Shown here piece by piece: positions 57,301 to 64,000 of a stretch of DNA of 64,000 nucleotides. The notes under the pieces were generated by a model. That model searched no databases, was not told the origin of the DNA, and saw only the letters and a program-made list of their open reading frames with translations. The stretch is from Candidatus Omnitrophota bacterium (GTDB taxonomy: Bacteria > Omnitrophota > Gorgyraeia > Gorgyraeales > Gorgyraeaceae), in the NCBI GenBank assembly GCA_043814965.1, contig JBDRJN010000017.1, positions 6,038 through 70,037 on the forward strand. Direction: 5' to 3'. How positions within the stretch are numbered: position 1 is the stretch's first letter; each line of letters opens with the position of its first letter. The position numbers and the translations under genes are program-made.

Positions 57301-57567
57301 ATGAGAATAAGGCAATCTAAAAATGTGTTAGTAGCTGATTTCGACGATAAAAAAGTAGTACTTAATACTGATAGTTATAAGCCATATCTATTAAATCCTA
57401 CTGCATCCGAGGCCTGGGATCTTTGTAAGACTTTGAAAAAGAAAAGTGATATAGTGGATTTTTTATCAAAAGAATACAAAGTAGATATTAAAAAAGTAAG
57501 GATAGATGTAAAAAGTTTGATAAATGACCTTAAAAAAGCAGGACTTATAAAAACTATTAAGAGGTAG
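57301..57567 (+). CDS. PqqD-family protein (RiPP recognition element-like peptide chaperone)
   Basis: PqqD pattern ..VVLNTDSYKPYLLNPTASEAWDL..SDIVDFLSKEY.VD..KVRIDV..LINDLKKAGLI. Confidence 0.65.
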   Translation: MRIRQSKNVLVADFDDKKVVLNTDSYKPYLLNPTASEAWDLCKTLKKKSDIVDFLSKEYKVDIKKVRIDVKSLINDLKKAGLIKTIKR

Positions 57568-57569
57568 AT

Positions 57570-58910
57570 ATGAAAAATGCTCTATTAAAGCGAAACCAAA
57601 AGATCATATTCAATGAAGAAGACGATATAGGCCTGCTTTTTAATCCTGACTCTGGACGCGTAAATACGCTTAACGAGACAGGTAAATTCATCTGGTCCAG
57701 GCTTGATGGTAAGACTACAAAAGAAAGAATAGTAGATGAAGTCTCGGAAGAGTTTGATATAGAAGACAAGGAAATAGTAAAAAACGACCTCGATAAGTTT
57801 ATAAATGAATTAGGAATGTCAAATTTCATAGAAGATTATATATATATCCCTCCCTTGCAGGGGATGTGTTTTGGGATCACCTCGCTCTGTAACCTGAGCT
57901 GCAAGCATTGCTTAAATAGAAATCTAGGGGAGCAGGAACTTGATATGACAACTGAAAAGCTCCTTAGTGTTATAGATGAGATGTATGAAATAGGCATAAG
58001 GAGTTTGAGCTTATTTGGGGGAGAGCCATTGGCTCATCCTGATTTTAAAAAAATAGTCGAGTATCTAAATGGAAAAAATATGAATATTTCTTTAAATACA
58101 AATGCATCTTTAATAGATCTTGATATGGCGAAGTGGCTAAAAGAGCATAAAGTTAATGGCACAGTAGTTAGTTTTGACGGCTCAAATGCTTTTATAATGG
58201 ATGAGATGAGAGGAAAAGGCGCGTTTCAGGCTGCTATAAAAGGCATAAAGGCTTTAAGGAGTGAAGGTATAAATGTAATGCTCTCAGCGACATTAAATAA
58301 GATCAATTTTAGGGATATTAGAGAGATGGCCCTTTTAGGAAAAGAGATAGGAGGCAACTCCATACGTTTTAATCATGTTTTTTTCGCAGGTAATTCAGCT
58401 TGTTTTGTAAAAGATATATATCTTAACCCCCAAGAAGAGAAAGAGGCAGTTGAAAGCGTATTTAAAATGAAAGAAGAGTTCGGAGATTTTATAAATCAGT
58501 CAAGCTCTTACTTGTGCCAGAAGCAAAAGCTTGATAAAGTCAAAGACTATAAGCCGTCTATCGATAAGATAACTATACCTTCGTGCGGGGCTGCGATGTC
58601 AAAGTGCGCTATAAGGCCTGACGGATGGGTAGTGCCATGTGAGATAATATGGCATGTAAAGGCAGGGAATCTTAAAGAAAGATCCTTAAAAGAGATCTGG
58701 GAAGGATCAAGCGTTATGAACTCTTTTAGAAAGCCGCTCGAGATAGACCTAAATGAGATACCAGAATGCAAAGGATGTAAATATCAGTATCTATGTTTTA
58801 TAGGCCACCGCTGTTACCCGTATCATTACCCTGGCGGGATAAAGAATAAGGCCCTATATTGCTGGAAAAATGACAAAAAGGGGACAGACACCTTTTTTCT
58901 AAATATATAA
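57570..58910 (+). CDS. radical SAM / SPASM enzyme 2 with an N-terminal fused PqqD-like (RRE) domain
   Basis: N-terminal ~90 aa are PqqD-like (LLFNPDSGRVNTLNETGKFIWSRLDG), followed by CNLSCKHC, GGEPL, and SPASM cysteines (CGAAMSKC...PC...CKGCKYQYLC). Confidence 0.8.
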   Translation: MKNALLKRNQKIIFNEEDDIGLLFNPDSGRVNTLNETGKFIWSRLDGKTTKERIVDEVSEEFDIEDKEIVKNDLDKFINELGMSNFIEDYIYIPPLQGMCFGITSLCNLSCKHCLNRNLGEQELDMTTEKLLSVIDEMYEIGIRSLSLFGGEPLAHPDFKKIVEYLNGKNMNISLNTNASLIDLDMAKWLKEHKVNGTVVSFDGSNAFIMDEMRGKGAFQAAIKGIKALRSEGINVMLSATLNKINFRDIREMALLGKEIGGNSIRFNHVFFAGNSACFVKDIYLNPQEEKEAVESVFKMKEEFGDFINQSSSYLCQKQKLDKVKDYKPSIDKITIPSCGAAMSKCAIRPDGWVVPCEIIWHVKAGNLKERSLKEIWEGSSVMNSFRKPLEIDLNEIPECKGCKYQYLCFIGHRCYPYHYPGGIKNKALYCWKNDKKGTDTFFLNI

Positions 58911-58952
58911 AATATAAAAATAAAAAGGTGTCTGTCCCCTTTTTAAAAGCAT

Positions 58953-59408
58953 ATGACAAAACAAAAAAAATCCCAAAAAAAAGAATATAAAGCGCCTACT
59001 GTATCAGACTTATTCGGAGCTAATATAAGGCCAGCATTGGGAGGCACTCAGCCGTGTACGCTTGGCGGTGATGTTAATTGTAATCTAGGTGTTACGGCAT
59101 ATGGTTATTGTAATGATGGCCAAGATGCTAACGGAGACTTTTGTCAGGTAGGAACTGGTGCTACTGGCGGTGTTTGCTATGGCGGGAATTTTGTTTCAGG
59201 ATATTGCCAAGTAGGAACTTCTGCTACGGATAAATGTGTCTCAGGCCAGGATCCGACTACTTTATGCGGCGCAGGTATTGGTGTTTATGCTGGGGATTGC
59301 TATACAGGTACTGTTGCGTCACAAGGACTGTGCGGACCAGGAGATCTTGCTGCCACTTGTGCTGGCGGCACCAGTGTCAGCGGTTGCTTGGTAGGATCAC
59401 CTATTTAG
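58953..59408 (+). CDS. candidate RiPP precursor: 151-aa Gly-rich protein with ~11 tandem decapeptide repeats, each ending in Cys, and no signal peptide
   Basis: Lys-rich N-terminal ~35 aa (leader-like), then repeats such as NLGVTAYGYC / QVGTGATGGVC / YGGNFVSGYC / QVGTSATDKC / VSGQDPTTLC, giving 14 Cys. An RBS-like AAAAAGG lies upstream. Confidence 0.55.
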   Translation: MTKQKKSQKKEYKAPTVSDLFGANIRPALGGTQPCTLGGDVNCNLGVTAYGYCNDGQDANGDFCQVGTGATGGVCYGGNFVSGYCQVGTSATDKCVSGQDPTTLCGAGIGVYAGDCYTGTVASQGLCGPGDLAATCAGGTSVSGCLVGSPI

Positions 59409-59419
59409 AAAAGGGGATC

Positions 59420-60250
59420 ATGCCTAAAGATAATGCAAAAATAATAAAGATCTCTGGATTATCATTGGTTCTAAGAGAAAAAGATAAGATAATACCTTCA
59501 ACTTTTAATAGATTTTTCTATAAAAAACAAAATATACCAGATAATAGCTGGCATCTAGAATCTATAGATCAAGGCATTAAAAGGCCAAAAGATATTATCT
59601 TGCCAGAGACATTGGATGTGCGTAAACTTCTAAAGCCGCAGTCGTATTTTAATAAGAATACATTTATAAATATCAAGGCAAAAAGAATAAAGCATCTTTA
59701 TTCAGATAAATATGAAAAAAATAATAAATATTATGATACAAAGCTGTTTTCTTTTTGTTATTCTCAAATGCTGGCTTCAGAAAATGGCCTGCTCCTGCAT
59801 GGTTCAGCTGTCATCAAAGGTAATTCAGCGTATTTATTTTTTGCGCCTTCCGGGGGAGGCAAGACCACAGCTGCAAAGCTCTCTAGAAGATCCAAGGTAT
59901 TAGGGGATGATGTAGTAGCGCTTAAAAAATGTGGAAGATCCTATTATGTATATTCAACACCATGGAACCATAAAGATTTTACGCGTAATAGCAGTATTAG
60001 CGCAAAGGTAGACAAGGTATTTTTTCTAAAAAAGTCTAAAAATATATCCTTTAAGCCAATAAAAAAAGAAGACGCGTTCATAAAATTACTTACCCAGCAG
60101 ATACATTTTTTTATATATACCAAAAGGCCTATACTGGATAAACTTTTTTTTACAGCGTCTGGTTTTATCAAAAACACTGAAACTTACGAGATGAAGTTTA
60201 GGAAAGATAAATCATTTTGGAATAAATTAAATAAAGAGGTGCTGCGATGA
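59420..60250 (+). CDS. HprK-related kinase (HPr kinase C-terminal-domain-like P-loop protein)
   Basis: LLLHGSAVIKGNSAYLFFAPSGGGKTTAA matches the HprK C-domain P-loop. Start set at the Met at 59420 with an AAGGGGAT RBS; the track ORF's upstream extension overlaps the precursor gene out of frame. Confidence 0.55.
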   Translation: MPKDNAKIIKISGLSLVLREKDKIIPSTFNRFFYKKQNIPDNSWHLESIDQGIKRPKDIILPETLDVRKLLKPQSYFNKNTFINIKAKRIKHLYSDKYEKNNKYYDTKLFSFCYSQMLASENGLLLHGSAVIKGNSAYLFFAPSGGGKTTAAKLSRRSKVLGDDVVALKKCGRSYYVYSTPWNHKDFTRNSSISAKVDKVFFLKKSKNISFKPIKKEDAFIKLLTQQIHFFIYTKRPILDKLFFTASGFIKNTETYEMKFRKDKSFWNKLNKEVLR

Positions 60251-61851
60251 AGACCAATACGATTGTCATTATAGTGATAGCGATGATCCTGGTAATAGTA
60301 TATTTTTCTATACCGCCTTTAGGTATATACGCTAATGACGGGGGTACAAAGTATATACAGATGAAAAGTTTCTATCTCAATCACTGGAAAAGGCTTGATA
60401 TAGATTATCCAGGCCAGGAACTGGGGCTTAGCTATAGCTATCTAAATCCTGTCAGGTCTTTTAAAGTAATGGATAATAAGCTATTTATAACCTGTTCCCC
60501 TCTTTTTACGTATTTAACTAGTTTAGTTTATCCGTTTCTAGGTGATAGAGGGATACTCTTTTTCCCTCTATTATCTTTTTTTATAAGTATTATTTTATTT
60601 TTAAAGATACTGGATATGTTATTAGAAAAATGTATTTTTTACTATATCCTGGTAGCATCGTTTTTGATAGGATCGCCAGTTTATTTATATAGCATTATTT
60701 TCTGGGAACATCTCCCAGCAGTATGTTTAGTGATGTTAAGCCTTTATTATATAACCAGGTATTTTAAAAAAGAAAAAAGTTCATTAGATATATTCTTGAG
60801 CGCTTTTTTTCTGGGAAGTTCTCTTTTTTTCAGGACAGGTATGTGGGCGCTTATAACAGGATACCTGTCCTTTCTAAGCTATGTATTTATAAAAAAGAAT
60901 GAGTTTAAATATATCATAGCCATGTTATTAGGATTTACTGTGCCTATAGCCGCATATTTTTTATCAAACTTGGTATTTTATGGGCATCTCCTGGGGCTTC
61001 ATGCAACAAGCCATCTACCGTATAATTTTTCCTTGAAGAAGGCCTTGGTATCTAGCGCGATTTTATTTACAGGCTATATAGTAGTAGGTTTATTGAATAA
61101 AAGTAATGATAAAAGATCTCTTATAAAATTTTATTATCTACTAAATTTTATATTGATATCTGTATTATTAGGTTTATTTATAAATTCTCCGATCAGAAGT
61201 CTTGTTACTACATTTCCGCTTATCATCATGATCTTTTATGGTATAGGCGAGAATATAGAAGAGTTATTCAGCAGCAAGCCTGAGTTAAGGCATTTTCTAT
61301 TAAGCACAGTTATTATTTATATTTCTTTGGTTACAATATTTCTTTTCAATAATCCTGATACTAGCATAAGGTATCTTCTCCCAGCTGTACCTATTGCGCT
61401 GATTTTTATTGGAGTCATCTCAAAAGAAGCCATGGTATTTAAGCCTTTTTACATACTCACGGCGTTATTAGTAATATTCTCTTTTACTGTAAATCTTTCT
61501 GAGCTTAGAAAAACAGTATTGGGATGTAAGTACTATAACTATAAAAGGGTCGAGTTTCTTAAAGAGAATACAAAAGATAAAGACGTAGTGATATTCCAGG
61601 CCAATCCTCTCATGGAACATGCTGGGCCTTTATACTTTGAACGTGTCTATATAGTAAGCAAAAACAATGGACGCGATACAAAAGATATATTGGATACTCT
61701 TAAAGAAAAAGGCATTCAATATTGTTATTATTGGACGATGTATAAGGAATTTAAAGAAATTTTTTTAAAAGATACGGAATATAAAATAGATAAGTACGAA
61801 TTTAAAGTAGAAAATTCCCCTACTCATTATTTATTAAGGATAAAATTATAA
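60247..61851 (+). CDS. large polytopic membrane protein (12 or more TM helices; possible GT-C-like or peptide-processing membrane enzyme)
   Basis: Hydrophobicity pattern only. Confidence 0.4.
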   Translation: MKTNTIVIIVIAMILVIVYFSIPPLGIYANDGGTKYIQMKSFYLNHWKRLDIDYPGQELGLSYSYLNPVRSFKVMDNKLFITCSPLFTYLTSLVYPFLGDRGILFFPLLSFFISIILFLKILDMLLEKCIFYYILVASFLIGSPVYLYSIIFWEHLPAVCLVMLSLYYITRYFKKEKSSLDIFLSAFFLGSSLFFRTGMWALITGYLSFLSYVFIKKNEFKYIIAMLLGFTVPIAAYFLSNLVFYGHLLGLHATSHLPYNFSLKKALVSSAILFTGYIVVGLLNKSNDKRSLIKFYYLLNFILISVLLGLFINSPIRSLVTTFPLIIMIFYGIGENIEELFSSKPELRHFLLSTVIIYISLVTIFLFNNPDTSIRYLLPAVPIALIFIGVISKEAMVFKPFYILTALLVIFSFTVNLSELRKTVLGCKYYNYKRVEFLKENTKDKDVVIFQANPLMEHAGPLYFERVYIVSKNNGRDTKDILDTLKEKGIQYCYYWTMYKEFKEIFLKDTEYKIDKYEFKVENSPTHYLLRIKL

Positions 61852-61853
61852 AT

Positions 61854-63668
61854 ATGGAAGATCGGATCATAAAAAAGGATTTTGAGAAAGTGACTCTAGA
61901 GACCATTAAAGAGTCTTTTAGGCTTTTCTCCAGGTTTAATAAGTTTATCTTACGTTATTGGAAGATAGAGCTGATACTGCTTATGGTAGGAAATATCTCT
62001 ATGATCTTTGGCTTGATAAATCCTTATATAGGAAAGATCGTCCTTGATAGGGGTATCCTCGGGAGAGACATGGAGGTATTCATAAGATATACGATATTCG
62101 CAGGTATTATATATCTTATGAATATGGGTATAGGGACCGGAGCTGGCTATTTAAGTGCTTATGTCTCAAGAAAGATCAGGATCGACCTTACAAAGGTTGT
62201 ATTTAGAAAGATAAGAAAACTTTCTTTAAAGTTTTTTCAAGAACGCTCTACCGGGGAATATATCTTTAGGATGAATAGCGATATATCCAGCGCAGCTGGT
62301 ATAATAATAAATACGCTTCCGAACGTAATACTGACTTTTTTAAAGTTGATCTTTGTAACAATAGTTATTTGTTTTATTAATTGGAAAATACTGCTCTTGG
62401 TCTTAGTCTACCATGTCATGACGATAATAAGGATGAGATTTTTTATAGACAAGATGCAGGAATTGAAAAAAGAAGGGTTAGAGAAAGCGCAGTATATATT
62501 TAAAGTGCTGGGTGAATTTTTTTCGCATATTTATTTTGTAAAGTCTTCAGGCACTATGGGCCGCATGGTAAAAAAATATTTTCACGCGCTTAGCGACAAT
62601 ATAAGGATAGAGATAAAGAATTATAGATTTGGGATTCTTTCTGGATTTGCAAGCAGTATCCCTAATAAGCTATTCTATGGGACTATTAGTATTGTAGGCA
62701 CTATCATGGTGATAAAGGGCCGCATTACCCTGGGAACTCTAGGCGCGATCATGGCATATTTATCTCAAGGTATAGGGGCGTATGGGGCGGTATTAGGCCT
62801 TGGGAACAACATGATCATGAATCGCATATCACTAAAACGGCTGACAGAGCTGCTAGACGCCAAAGTTGATGTAGAAGAAAGCCCAGATGCTAAATTTATT
62901 GATTTTAAAAATGCGAGTATTGAATTTAAGAATGTATCTTTTGGTTATGAAGAAGGTAAGGATGTTTTAGAGAATATCAGTTTTTCGGTTCCTCCAAGAT
63001 CTAAAATTGCGCTTATAGGGCATTCAGGGTGCGGCAAGACCACTATCTTAAACTTGATATTGAGGTTATATGATGTAAAAAGCGGTGAAGTATGTTTAGG
63101 GGGCTACAATATAAAAGACTTGAAGTTTAAGTCTATACATAGCCAGGTAAGCATGGCTCTTCAGAGCCAATTTTTGTGGAATGAAAGCATAAGGGATAAC
63201 ATCAGTTATCTAAACCCAAGCATAAGTGAAGATGAATTAAGGCATATTGCAAAGATGGTTGAACTCGATACTTTTATAGAGGAGTTTCCGGATAAATACG
63301 ATACTATATTAGGCGAAGAAGCTTGCAAGATCTCCCAAGGCCAGAGGCAGCGCCTTGCAATAGCAAGAACTCTGGCTAAAAGACCAAGGATCTTGATGCT
63401 GGATGAGGCGTTTTCATCAATTGATTCAGAGACAGAGGATAAGATAGTCAATAATATAAAAAATTATTTTAAAGATTCAACGATTATCTTGGTGTCTCAC
63501 AGGCTTTCAGCTGTAAAGAATATGGATATAGTATATTTTCTAGAAGGCCAGGGTAAGATGTCCATAGGTAAGCACCATGAACTTGTAAAAGACAATCTTA
63601 ACTATAGAAAATTATTTGCCAGTCAGATCGAAAAAGAATTAGAAGAGATCTTAACGTCAAAAGAGTGA
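61854..63668 (+). CDS. ABC exporter, fused TMD-NBD
   Basis: 6-TM domain, Walker A GHSGCGKTT, signature LSQGQRQR, Walker B LMLDEAFSSID. Confidence 0.8.
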   Translation: MEDRIIKKDFEKVTLETIKESFRLFSRFNKFILRYWKIELILLMVGNISMIFGLINPYIGKIVLDRGILGRDMEVFIRYTIFAGIIYLMNMGIGTGAGYLSAYVSRKIRIDLTKVVFRKIRKLSLKFFQERSTGEYIFRMNSDISSAAGIIINTLPNVILTFLKLIFVTIVICFINWKILLLVLVYHVMTIIRMRFFIDKMQELKKEGLEKAQYIFKVLGEFFSHIYFVKSSGTMGRMVKKYFHALSDNIRIEIKNYRFGILSGFASSIPNKLFYGTISIVGTIMVIKGRITLGTLGAIMAYLSQGIGAYGAVLGLGNNMIMNRISLKRLTELLDAKVDVEESPDAKFIDFKNASIEFKNVSFGYEEGKDVLENISFSVPPRSKIALIGHSGCGKTTILNLILRLYDVKSGEVCLGGYNIKDLKFKSIHSQVSMALQSQFLWNESIRDNISYLNPSISEDELRHIAKMVELDTFIEEFPDKYDTILGEEACKISQGQRQRLAIARTLAKRPRILMLDEAFSSIDSETEDKIVNNIKNYFKDSTIILVSHRLSAVKNMDIVYFLEGQGKMSIGKHHELVKDNLNYRKLFASQIEKELEEILTSKE

Positions 63669-64000
63669 TACCTCAAAATCATAAGAATAAAATCCTCGCT
63701 TCCACAGAAGAACTTATAGCTATTTGTATGAGGCATGAAGCTAGTAGCTATAAGGAAGAAATATTAGATCTGATACAGGGTGGCATTGACTGGGGTCTTT
63801 TAAGTAAGCTAGCTTGTGAAAAAGGCATAGCCTCACTTACGTACAAGGCTTTAAAGTTTTATGCGCCAGCTGGCCTCACACAAAAAGAGAACCTGGATAT
63901 ATTAAAGACATCCTACCTTATCTCATCCACAAAAAATAATTTTTATAAAAAAGAATTAAAGAATATACTAAGTATTCTCTACGAAAAGAATATTCCTATT
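63665..64000 (+). CDS. partial (3'-truncated by the window) protein, possibly a PF14907-type nucleotidyltransferase
   Basis: The open frame continues to the window end; the N-terminal pattern resembles the uncharacterised nucleotidyltransferase family that often pairs with HprK-like kinases in RiPP clusters. The start is uncertain (GTG at 63665 or ATG at ~63728). Confidence 0.35.
   Translation, partial: MIPQNHKNKILASTEELIAICMRHEASSYKEEILDLIQGGIDWGLLSKLACEKGIASLTYKALKFYAPAGLTQKENLDILKTSYLISSTKNNFYKKELKNILSILYEKNIPI

Noticed and set aside
59234-59419. Cys/Arg-rich N-terminal extension of the ORF at 59234 (MCLRPGSDYFMRRRYWCLCW...)
   Set aside because: It is an out-of-frame overlap with the 3' half of the precursor gene. 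A good RBS and Met at 59420 start the HprK-like protein.

Overview
This is a low-GC (~35%) bacterial chromosomal window, apparently from an uncultivated lineage. It is densely coded on the + strand and uses the standard genetic code (TAA, TAG and TGA all occur as stops). The first 27 kb is housekeeping: a PAS protein, a sensor kinase and a response regulator; rlmB and an HD hydrolase; aldolases including eda; a LysM-amidase and focA; two TPR proteins; tRNA-Arg and two tRNA-Ser; a pabB/pabC fusion, tadA, a GIY-YIG protein, dnaX and recR; and a porGDAB pyruvate:ferredoxin oxidoreductase operon.

Three regions stand out. (1) Between 24.7 and 40.9 kb there is a dense run of selfish elements: a LAGLIDADG intein inside PorB; a four-helix-bundle protein (the family encoded in 23S rRNA intervening sequences) in an IR-flanked cassette; a tRNA-Asn(GUU) interrupted by a ~226-nt group I intron; and a large-serine-recombinase island with nested inverted and direct repeats. 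The island's cargo is an XRE regulator plus a 3453-aa giant protein carrying two MutS-family ATPase modules. (2) From 54.9 to 64 kb a tightly overlapping operon looks like an undescribed RiPP-type peptide-modification cluster. It encodes a CYTH protein, an S26-like peptidase, two radical-SAM/SPASM enzymes, a PqqD-like protein, a 151-aa Cys-terminated decapeptide-repeat protein with no signal peptide, an HprK-like kinase, a polytopic membrane protein, an ABC exporter and a probable PF14907-type nucleotidyltransferase. (3) Small palindromic repeat units (with BglII- and BamHI-type palindromes) and duplicated tRNA 3' ends sit next to the tRNA-Ser genes.

The rest of the window holds an MFS transporter, GTP-PEPCK, suhB, a GldA/F/G-like ABC system and a secreted Gly/Pro-repeat protein. 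All calls rest on motif recognition by eye; no database searches were run.
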